From Phoronis australis (lineage: Eukaryota > Animalia > Phoronida), in the NCBI GenBank assembly GCA_002633005.1, contig NMRA01000671.1, forward strand, positions 1-64,000: a stretch of DNA of 64,000 nucleotides. Reading direction: 5' to 3'. The position numbers and the translations under genes were made by a program. Every line of letters begins with the position of its first letter. The stretch's first letter is position 1. Below, one piece after another: positions 26,101 through 38,100 of this stretch. The notes beneath the pieces were generated by a model. The model searched no databases, was not told where the DNA came from, and worked only from the letters and a program-made list of their open reading frames with translations.

Positions 26101-29100
26101 GCAAGAAAAAGACTAGATATTAAGTGCATACTTCCTGTATCTTGTCCTGTTACAGTAAATCAATATACTAAAAAGAGGCAAAGACAACAACATTATTCAT
26201 CACTGGTTTCCTGTTGATATTGATTACATTTGAGAATTACTTTGTAACACCTTGAATACTAATTGAGGTAGATTTTTACCTGGTGGCTTTCACCTTTCTT
26301 TGTGATACAAGCCGCCAGGTGCCATGAGATCTTTTTTTCCAAACCAGTCGGACTGTGCTTCACGGAAACTGATGGGTATGAACTTCATTGCAAAATCCAT
26401 TACAACCAAAACTTGGTGTGGGGTGAGAGATGGCATCAGATCCTGTTTTGCTTGTTCCTGGTTGATCCCTCTGATAATTTGCTGTGTGTTCTGGATAACA
26501 GCACGTCAAGTTTTGTCTAAAGCCAAGTCCAAACACATGTCGATGTGTAAAATATATAACGGCGCATTTCCATTGGTTTGCCAGTCCAACCTCCTATGTC
26601 CAGCTCTGGCAAGAATTAGCTGTAATTCCGATATACTTTCAAACTTCTGTGGCACTTTGCACGACCTCAGATAACTTCTGACGTATTTAACACAGCTACT
26701 GAAGGCCACATTTCCTTACACTTATGTAACAAAAATTAAGCAAATGTACAAGAAGGAAATTCCTCCATATTCTTTAGTGACATGAAGTGCATGTAATCTC
26801 GAACCCTAAAGTGCTATTGATAAATTTAAACAAAGCATGGAGTGTTTTAGAAAATTGGGGTTTCAAAAGTGAAATTTAAATTTTTGTGATATTGCATTGC
26901 TGATATTGGATCATATATTTTAGGTGATATCTCTAAACTAAAAGAATAGCCTCAATTCTCTTGTCAGTCCGAGTAACATTAGATGACATCACAAAAATGC
27001 CCAAATTAGAAGGCCACGTTTAGCTATAAATATATAAGAGACAAGTTTTTTACAAACTATTATCATAGTTCAATATTAGAAGTGTCTACACAGAGAATTT
27101 CAACTTCAAATATGTTCCGTTATAGCAGGCAGATTAAGCAACATCTTGCCACTAGTGACTTGCCTGCAAAGTGGTCTCGGAGTTTTCTCCCCTGCTGGAA
27201 ATTTAATTGTACCTATGAGTTGCAATTTTTATTTTCTTACTAACCTTACATGAGTCTTTATGACCATCAATGTCAAACTTTGTCACCAGTTTTCCAAGTC
27301 TGATTTTTACCGTTAAAATTGCAGTTTTAATGACATGAAAAAATGCAAAATGTGCCTTTATAGCCAAATAGGTAATATCTCGGAAACCAAAGGCCATTGA
27401 GTGCAAATATTGAAGCAGTGTAATTTGGGCCAGCATCCCAACACATGCACAAGGTATTAGCTCTGTATAAGATTTTGAGTATATAGTGATTTTTCATTTT
27501 CATATGGTTTTTATATGGAATCATTCTTAATAGCATTAAACCTGGGTCTGACCAAGTCTAAAGTTAAACCTTAGCGAGTGCCAATTCAAAATGATTTTTA
27601 AGGGTTTTCTATGTTCAGCCTTAACTATATTGTGAGAAACGTCTTGACAGCTGTGGATGAAGAGTTGGCACAATTTTGGAAACGAGGCGGTTGAGATTTA
27701 ATATCTTGTTTAGAAGTGCGTCAACTTCAATAATGAGTACATGTATTTCTGAAGTATCGTTTAACACGGTATTGTTTGTAAGCATACACTGTACCTATAT
27801 CCTTTTGTAATTTGCCATGAAAAACTGAATTCAGACTGCAATCTTTTACTTGCGACTTGAACCTAAACGGGAGGATAATCAGCGTGTTATCATATTTTTC
27901 TCTTGTTGAAAACATACCTTTTCAAAACTGGCTCCACGATGTTATGTGAGTTCAAAAAGTGCGTCAAGTTGTATTCTGGAGGCAGATATTTTTCGAAAAC
28001 TAGGGACTAGTTGGATATGGCTACGGTCACCGGGTCATTGGGGTAGCTGCTAACGGACATATAAAACCAGCATTTAATCGAGTGATTTGAACTAGGTTTT
28101 ATTGGAAGTGGGTTGTATGGAACAAAAACGGCCAAGGTCGAACACAGCGGTCTATAATAAATTCATGCGGTCTACAGCAAAAGGGCTAATATACCAAATT
28201 ACCTTATTCTTGTTACAACCATATTTGTTGTTGACAGCGAGATGCAACACAAATATTTCGCATTATGAGACCGGTGGCTTCACGTCCATTAACAATATAA
28301 TGTCCAACCACTGTCTTTATTTATGTGTGCTTCAGACTAACTTATATTGACCAAATAGCAACTTTAATTGAGAAAGTGCATGTTTTGGAATCCTAAAAAC
28401 CGACAGACAGCTTTGTTCGGATTTTTGACACTTTGAACTACGGACCTAAACCCGGTTTCAGGAAAATGATTATGTCCTTTCAGAGTGCCAAAGTATTTAT
28501 TCGCCCCATGCAGCCAGGCCTCCCTTTTCTGTGTATACACGTCACTGTTTGATCTGCTGCTACCACCAACATTTCAGACGTGTTTGACATCGAATGGGCA
28601 GCGCAGCATCGAAGCAAGTGGGAGAGCTAAAGCATCTCCTGTGGTGCACAGCCAATAGACCATGACCTGCGCAGCACTGAAAAAGTGGGGATATAGTTCC
28701 CCACCCAGCCCATGTCTTGCGCCACACATGCGTCATGGGAACAATGATACTTCTGTTTAAAACGTTACTATGCGGCCATTTTTTAAAAAACTTGGCACGC
28801 TTTTCTCAAAATCAATCTCTTGCTCTTGCACTGGCAAAATCTGTCAACCTATCCGTAAATAAATGAGCGATTTTATTTCATCCCACCACAATGTCTTTAA
28901 GAAATCGCCAATGGAAACTAAGTTGGTAGACAGAATCCGACGGCATCAGGAACCTTGGTCTTACTCATTTTGTGTGGAGCATTAGCGATGTCTTCATGAC
29001 AATAAAACACTGACTGAAATAATTCAAAAGATCAAATTGTCAATTCTGAATTGAATTTTCCTTGAAAATATTGTCATTGTCGTTTGTATCAAAATACGAT

Positions 29101-32100
29101 ATCACTGTTTCTTTTGTGCTTCCCAAGGGAAGTGCGTTCACAGTAATGCCGGATACAAAATTGGTTTATGACTCGTGAACGCCAACAACAGATTGCAAAA
29201 ACACATTATCAATAAAAACTTGTTGCTCGATCCTGGAATCTCCTTTCGTTCGGAGTTAAAACTGTACGAGGTACAGTTTTAACTCCGAACAATCCGTTAA
29301 GTGTGTGAACCATTTTCCTCCATGTGACAAATACCATGTAAACTCATCAAATACCACGTCGCTTTCGTAAAACGTAAACAATGGTACATTTGTTGCATGT
29401 ACATTCGACGCAAATTGTAACAATTACTTAAAATTTAAAAATCTGTTAAATTTTAAGAGAGGTCTAGCAACGTAAAGTGTAACAGCCAATACATTTTATA
29501 AAGTTGTTTCAATTTACGGCGTATCAGTGCACTGTGATTGGCGCTAGCCTGAAATGTGGGCCTTAATTGGAAAGTTTCCAAAATTGAGGGAACGCTTAGT
29601 AAAGCAGTGAGCTCTTATTATGAAACTGGAGGCGCATACGTCAGCATAGTTGATGCTTACTCCAGTAAGCGTGTTGCGAACCATTGAACAGACAGTGTTC
29701 GAACCTCTGACGTCATTGGTTAATTTCAACACCTCCATCTGCTGTCAAGTGTCAGGTAAAAGAACTGTACTTGCTGTTATCAAGTGGAACATCTCGATCT
29801 AAATTGGTACAAAGGAGGTTGTTTTTTTGGTGGCATTCTCCTTTAACACTCATCTGTTTAGAACGACTTGTTAACTGTAAATGTGGTCGCGAAAATCGTT
29901 AGACCCACATAGAAGAACGCGAGCATGAGTTGGGTTGAAAAACTATATTTCGTTCGTTAACTTGTAGTAGCTTGGTTCAACTGTAACATACAAACAACGT
30001 GTTATGAGACCATTAAACAAAATTACAATACTATTCAACATTGCATACATACTTATTCAAGCAACGTCAAACTACTTGAGACAATGGAAAGTACATAATG
30101 CGCGTTATAATTACGTTGAAGTTCTGACTATGTAACAAAACTAAGTGCGATATACTTACACCAATTTGAGACATAAAAATCACGACTGAACAGGAAGATA
30201 CTAAACTCATTGGTAAGGACGTTGAAACAAGAATGAGCCAAATGGACGCGTTTAAGTTATAAACTACGGTCTGTCAAACAGTCGTGCATATGCATAATTC
30301 TATTGAAGAATTAGTCACGTGGGAAATAGACGCTGTAGAAGCTGCATACATGTAGCAAACACATAAATAACCAACAGATGGCGAATAAAATCAAACTACT
30401 AACACAGTGTGCGTTGGCACTTACAGTAGGTATCAATCAATCGTCTTTTGTAAATGCACATTCTTTACATAAATTTTTAATCAATGGTTATCTCAATTTT
30501 AATATATTTCTTAATATGTATCATAATCATTTGTTTTAATCTTTTCGAATTATAACATACTTGTATTAATTTTAAAATCTTAAAGTACTTAGAATCAAAA
30601 ATTAGAATTGGATATTAAAATAATAACGATAAAAACACTAATAATAAAAAGAAGATAATAGACAAAAGCAATGATCACGATCGTGACACCATTGTGATCG
30701 TGGTGATTATGGTGATCATAATTATCAAATCGGGGAATTCCACTTAAGAGTGAATACAGAAAAATCAAATTTTTATCATTTGCTGAATGAGTAATAGATG
30801 ATCTATGAAAACATTTCACTCAAACCTGAAACTACATGTAGATTAACAATTCCGACGATCTGGAAATTTCTGCGATCTAGGGAAAGCTGCAACAATTATT
30901 CTAATCCAGAATTGAAATTATCTTGAGAAGTGAAACCCTTTACACATCGGCATGTTGCATTTAATGTTTGTAAATAGCAGGCCGCAACAATTGTTATAAT
31001 TTTGAAGGACTTCGTTGAAATCACGACTAAAAATTTTGTTTGAAAACTTAATACTACATGTAAGTCGCTCGAGCTTTCAGAAAAGTATTCTTTCCTCAGA
31101 AGTGCAAAACGCCGAGGGACATAACAAACAAACAAATTAAAAACCCCAGCTATATTTCGAGACTGCATGCCTCATCTACAGGGTATAAGTGGAATGAACA
31201 TATAAACTGTACATGTATTGCCTGTAACAGCAACCTTAATCGACCATAGTCGACAGTTCTCCAAAAATGTCTGCCCCGAGCGTTTAACTTAGCGCAACTT
31301 TTGAACTTACACATCATCGTGAAACCAGCCCCACTTCTCTGAAACAAGAGACAAAAATGATAAGACGGTGGGTAACCTCAAGATGGCAAACTGCAGAAGG
31401 ATATAGTTATATAACAAACAATACCGTGTTTGCCGATACATGTACTTCAGAAATAATAATTTTTTGAAGTTGGCGTACGTCTAAACAAGAATAAAAGTAT
31501 CAACCTCCTCGTTTTCAAAAAGTGTGTCTACTCTGCATCCAGAGCTGTCACGACGTTCCTCACAGTTGTCACGTTTCATGAAATCGATATATTCTACATG
31601 TCAGAATATAGACTGACACTGTTTTTAGTTGTACTGTTACTTGGCAAAACAAATTTCGCCAAGTGTGTTGCTCTTCCATCAACTTTGTTTTTTTGGTTGT
31701 TCGCACGATACAGTTGTTTGCATGATACAGGTCGAAATTTTTGTTCTATCATCATGAAATTTACACATACATGTAACACGTAGTTTTTAAAATACTGAAA
31801 GACTATTGTTTTTCATCAAAATCGGTTCCAAGATGGCGGTTTTGGCTGCCATTTTGTATTCATTCTCAGACTCAAAAGCTTCTGGAGGCTACATTTTTTA
31901 CGTACAAGACTGAAACTCGACACAACTACTGGACTAGACGTGCGCTACAAGTATCTTGGAAACTGTTTACTTCCGGATAAAGATAGCGGAAATATCGGTA
32001 ATCGCGCATGCACACCTCGATTTTGGGCTAAACACGTTTTCTCCGATAGAAGGCGCATTATAGGACCAATTCCTCTGAATTTTTGCAGATGTTAGATTCA

Positions 32101-35100
32101 GAGCTAAAAACCGGAAGTTGCTTCCAAGATGGCGGATCTGACGCATGTTGACCCATTTTCAGTCTTGCTGGAGTGCCATTTTAAACGGGAAGAGAAAATG
32201 ACGTTAATTTTTGCATGTGGATTCTTCGAGGTATACCCTTTAAAATGAACTGTAACAATTTTTTTCTTAGACTTAACGTTTTCGAGTTATTTGACTTTGA
32301 ATTAAAAAAACAAAATTTCATATTTTTTCGAAAAATTGAGGAAATTTCGCGACACCATAGATTTTTGAACGGGCTTTCAGATAATATTTTATATTTTTCG
32401 CTAGGACGTCTACAAGGTACCTAAACTACACGGTCAACGCTCTCAAAAACACGGGCACGGACGCATAAACACGACTCACGGGCCTGCAAACACCGTCCAC
32501 TGACTCACAAACACGGGAACGGACTCAAAAACACGATCCACGCACCTAAATACACGGGACTGGGACTCATATTCACGAGGAAACACAGTTAACGGACCGC
32601 CAAACACGGGTCACGGACTCATCGACTTCCTGGATCAGCTGACATCTTCATTTTGTCCGTAAACCGTGTTTGGCGGTCCGTTAACCGTTTTCCAGTGACT
32701 CAACGGCCTATCAAAACTCGTCAAAAACACCGTTGAAAATTTATTGCCAACAAACCCGATAATTATTGAAACATTCGCGAACAATTTCGGACAGTGTGCT
32801 TCGTTACCATGCAAAAGAAAAAAAATAAGCTAGATCCACAAAGGTCTTTAGATTGTCACCATGGGGGATGGTTCATTTGAAAAATCAAGACGCTCATTCA
32901 AAAACTTTAAATTTGTTTTGGCAACGTTTTTGAATCTCACGGGCGCTAATCGCTTTAGAGAAAGGTCATTATCACAGGTTAAAGGAATAAAAAGTGTACT
33001 GTGACCAATAATATCGCAAGAAAAGTTATGAGCGTTAGCTGATATGGGCGAGGAAAGAGAAAAAGTGTTGATTACCCAGACAGAATTGAGGTTTTCCGAG
33101 GTAAAACCATGAAAACAGAACATCGCAAAACCGTTTAACGCATATAAGGTACTTCTGTACATTCGTATAAAAGCTCACTCGGCTATAGTAACGACTTTTC
33201 CGGAAAGAATCCGTTTATTGTTCCAACTTTCAAATTGATTAGTTTATTGCGTTTTACAAAATCTAGACTATACAGTTACAGGTTTACATAGGTTACCCCA
33301 GATTAATAAGTAGAACCCCTTGTAGTTCTAATAGCCTACACAGAGGGCCCTCAAACATTCAACCTGGTTCTTGTTCTGCTAGAATTGTATTCATCGTTTT
33401 CAAATATAGTTAGTTTCTTGATACACTAGTTAGCTTTATGAGAATTGCTTACAATCTCAAGACTTTTTTACGTTGATTAATGTAGACGTACAATGCGTGC
33501 ATGGAACACTTTTATTTGCTTGACTGTAAATACTTGTTTTTGGTTACAACAGTAGAAATACCTGCTGTGATGGACTTAAATTACACTGTTTTTATAAAGA
33601 TTAGACAGTCTACGCTGGTTTTCCATCTTTTTCGAAAGTCGCTTTTCCATATGTCAAACTCTTGAAAAAGACACAATATTTGATTGACCAGGCTTTTTTT
33701 TCATTTTTGTCATATCTTCCAGTTTTCTGTCAATGTCTCATGCATTGATGTATCTAAAAGAACAGTTTTAGTTGATATATGTAATTCATCTATGACATAT
33801 CTTAAGGTAAAGAATGACAGTTTGACTGTGAAAGAGGGCAAGGAGGTAAATGTTACGTTAATGGCAACAGTTCCAATCATAGATGTGACATGTAAACCAC
33901 GCGACCACACCAGTCACGCTTGTAACTTAGACTTTGGACTGAGAGCTACAAAGCACGGATTAACAGAAGAACGAGTTTGCGTAAACGACTTCAAACCAGT
34001 TCCAATAGTAGCTGAAGCTTGTATTCAGCCGGTTCAGGTAACAGATCATACTGCGTTGGATGATTATGAATGGAATTCGGAGACTCACGGCACATTTCAG
34101 TTTACAGTAAAGAGTTCTGTCGACACTCAATACGGAGCGCCGAGAAAAAAAAGTATTCTCAAGCTTGGAACAATTCCTAAATTACCACATCGTGCCTGGA
34201 GCAATTACGTTGTGAAAGATGTCGAGGTAAGTTATTGATTTAAATTATATCTGTTATGATAATGAATAAGTGGCGTGCAAATGTGTTTTTAGAGTGCATG
34301 TACAACGTGAACAGAAAATTCACACATCAGTTCGTATTTTCGAACTTTAGTGCATCCAAAACGTTCTCCAGCGACGGACACTGACTTACAACAATGAACA
34401 CGTTCAACTGAAGGTGTCCGATTCCGTTTTACCTTTTGACGCTGTTCTAGCTGTTTGTAAATAGATGGACTTTTGCACTGGTTTTCAGATTTTGAAAGCA
34501 AAAACTGAAAATAACCTGAAATCTGAGATGAAATCCTGCTACCTGAAAGACCGGGAGACTGAAGAGTTGGCTTGTAATTAATAATTACTAACGCCAAGTT
34601 CTTGGACAAAAATCTGAAGAAAATGAAACAATACACACGACAAAAAGACCCCTAGTGTCATCTTTAAGATTACATCAAACCTGATTTAAAGACCTCTATT
34701 CAAACTTATGTACCTAAAAACAGGTCATAGCAACGGAGTAATAGTATGTATTTCCTAAAAGAAAAACATATTATTTTCAAACCTATTTTACGACATCATT
34801 CTTGTTACATGTACGTTACCATCACTTCGCAATTTACCTCAAAAACACTGTTAGGAAATAATATATTATATTTGTCTATCTTACGGAACTCAAAAACAAA
34901 GCTTTTAAAAGGTAAACCCTTTATTATAATTGACGAATAAATATCAAACCTGGAAAATTGCCGAGCCGTTTTCGAAAACGCGTGTTCCTAATTTTTGCCA
35001 AAAACTAGTTAAAGCGATAAACGTCATGTGTCAACAAACTCTGAATGTTTCCCATTAAACATTCGCTGAAAACCAAATTTTATTCACCTGTTCGAAACCC

Positions 35101-35145
35101 AAAAATCAATATACAAAAGCCAAAGATGTACACGTATACGCACAC

Positions 35146-35182
<37 letters not shown>

Positions 35183-38100
35183 NNNNNNNNNNNNNNNNNN
35201 NNNNNNNNNNNNNNNNNNNNNNNNNNNNNNNNNNNNNNNNNNNNNNNNNNNNNNNNNNNCACACACACACACACACACACACACACAAATACGCACACAC
35301 ACATAAAACGCGCGTATTTCAGAATTAAAACCCGTGCGTGATCAAGAAAATGAAAATGCCACAGAGGACCATATCTAATGCTAAATGTTTCATATTCTAA
35401 TTTCTGAAACAGGTATTTTCCATTTGTATGTACTTTAACACATTCTTGAACGTTTTGATTGAGGGAGAAACATTTCTGAATCTTCGACAGTACATGTGAT
35501 ATTTCGTAAGAGAATCGGGTAAATTAGTTGTATCTGAGTTGTGTAATTTGCCAAGACGGATAAATAAATTGATTGTATCTGAGATGTGTGACAGAAGAGC
35601 AAAATAATTATATCTGAGTTGTGAAATTTTCTAACACAGACGGTTAAATTACTTGTATCTGAGTTGTGTAGTTTGCCCACGAAAACGTGTCTAGGAGAGA
35701 GAATGAGTAAGTATTGTGCTTCAGCAAATAACCTAAGACTGATTTCAGACTAGAGATTATTTGTTGCAATACAATTCCAGTTAAATTTTCTGACACCAAT
35801 CTTATCATGAAATACTTTTACTGCCAAAATTCTATGAAGGAACCTAACCTCGAAGCACTCTAACGTCACAGTTAAAATTAAGGGAACTGGTATACACTTC
35901 TCTCCATCATCTGGGCGAATCAGTAATCTTGACCTGCGATTACAACTTTAGATCATGGAGTGTTTTTGTAAAGGAATTATATTAAGTGAGGATGTGGCGT
36001 ACTATACTTCAGTTCTCAAAACGTTTTTAAATTTTATTATTTTTGAAAAATTCGCACATCAGACAACAAAAATTAGTAAACGGTGCAGAGAAATCGTTCA
36101 AAATGATTCATACGACATACACTTTCTGAGTCGAGCAAATCGTAAATACATGTAGCACATGTTTCATACCACAAAAGTCTATTGTTTTGTTTATAGTTAT
36201 GTTAGTATTGTTCCAAAGTGTCTGATATTGAAAATCAACAATTTTAATAACCAACATGTGCCAAATTTGAGCAAAATAACAAAATACTTCAGACTAAAAT
36301 AAATCAATAACTTTTTAACACTTGCTGTAAAATGCACCTCCAAATTGTAACAAGTTGTATTCATGTCCGCTCCATGAGTATTGTTGCGATTGTGACTCTT
36401 TCCAAACAAAATCTCTGATCAAATTAAGTCTATTGAACAAGGACGGTTTGAGTGACTTGATGAATGATTCAGTATGCACCATTTTGCAACCTACTGAAAA
36501 GTTTTCGATCGGTGAAAACCTGGTTCAGGTCAATGTAACATGTACACGCTACTACCTTGTTAGCTATTTCAACATTCACTAGTCATGTTCATTAAATGTG
36601 CAGCGCGCAATTAACTTAATTATCACTAAACGTTTCAATATTTAAGATGGGGGTTTCATGTGCCTCGAGTAAATTACTGTGAGGTCAACAGTTCATCGCG
36701 ATACACTTCATACACTGGTTCGATAACATTAGAATGACCAAGGGGACTTTTTCTCAGCCTCGCCTCGATCACGTTGACCCTGGGATCACCTTCTGTCAAA
36801 TATTACATGATGTGCAGAATCGAATAGCTTTGAATGGCTTTCCTCGCAAACGGAAGTGACACGACTAGTTGTATCTCTGAACTGGCACCTTCTTTTCTCG
36901 ACGTACCCGGGTAGAGTTAATTAACGCTAGGAACTAAGCTAAGACCTCGTCAAAATCTCCCGTAGTCACGCGAGGTCTTGCTTTTTAGCTAGGTCCTAGC
37001 GTTGCCATCTTTGCAGTTACTGAAATCTACCCAGGACTTAAAACATATCTTCCTATGAAGACGTTATCAAAGTGGAATAATAAATCTTCAGTGGCTCTCT
37101 GCTTCATCGCCAAGGGAACCACGAAGCTTGCCAAATTTTGGTGTTGCTACAATTCTGATAGTCCCTGACCAGGTCTCCAGCTTTGTGGCCGAAGAAAGGC
37201 CCTAGCTTTGGGAGGTCAATTTTATCCTACTTGACCCTACGGGTGTCTTGCTTGATTTGGCGCTCTTGCGACCTTCTTGAGTGACAGACGAGTCCTGCCT
37301 ACATGTACTTCCACTCCGTAAGACATATCGTACCTTGCTTCCAAACTGACTATTCAAGACAGACCTGTGTGTTCGCTGTAGCAAGAACAAAGGCCAGTCT
37401 TTAGTAAGATGCACAACCACTGCTCAGGAGCCAAGAAGTATTTTAAGCCCTTCACAACCTTTTCGAGAGTTGAGTACCTGTTTAGGTTGGCAAACTCGTC
37501 GTCTCCGCCATCTCAGCTCTCGATTCCTGGAAATGATTGCGGAATCCCTTCTCAGTCATTTCGTTCCAATTCTACTGTATCTTCGTGAGAGCATCCTAAA
37601 TTATTGGCTGTGGAAAAAGCTGGTGTGAAACTGTAGGCCCTTATACATGTTATGTACCTGTTCACGAGGTCAAAGAGGAATTTCCCATTCACCCAGTACC
37701 GACCCTAACTCGCGAAGTGTTTCGAGCATTTTACAGGAAGTTGTTTCTATTATTGTGCTTTCCAAATTTTTGCTTGGTGGAGTTCTAGGTCGGCGTATCT
37801 TTTTCAAACTTTTCGTGCGTATAGGTATCTTCTGGAGCTGTCTAGTCTGTTTCTCGCTGCGTTTTTGAGTCCAACGGGATTGTATTATTGATTTGCTTTT
37901 TTACCGGAATTCCCAGCTCGGGGTCGTTTTGCCATCGTTGAAAACCATGGTTTGTTTGATTGACACGGAATTTACAATGTACACACAGCTTTTATCTTTC
38001 CATTTGCTCTAGGCATATTACATTATGGAACTCAGACTCAATGTGATGCCGTGTCATCCAACTTTCAACTTTGCAAGGCATTGTTATGAAAATTTTCTGC

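Larger units (their letters stand above)
21219..29532. mobile_element. Putative 8.3-kb TIR-bounded DNA transposon (unclassified) hosting a Sola3 insertion
   Basis: 21219-21370 is an imperfect inverted repeat of 29363-29532 (GTGCGCTGATACGCCGTAAAATG... / ...TTTACGGCGTATCAGTGCAC); TGTG flanks both ends (21215-21218 and 29533-29536). Confidence 0.5.

Noticed and set aside
27720-28330. Possible CR1/L2 LINE 3' fragment on the minus strand
   Set aside because: Only vague resemblance (LPxFKS...KRYF); not enough to call.
31810-32420. CAAGATGGCGG (YY1-like) motifs as a promoter
   Set aside because: These motifs are common in invertebrate repeat fragments; no associated exon or transcript evidence.
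35045-35341. ORFs across the (CA)n tract
   Set aside because: Microsatellite and N-gap artefacts.
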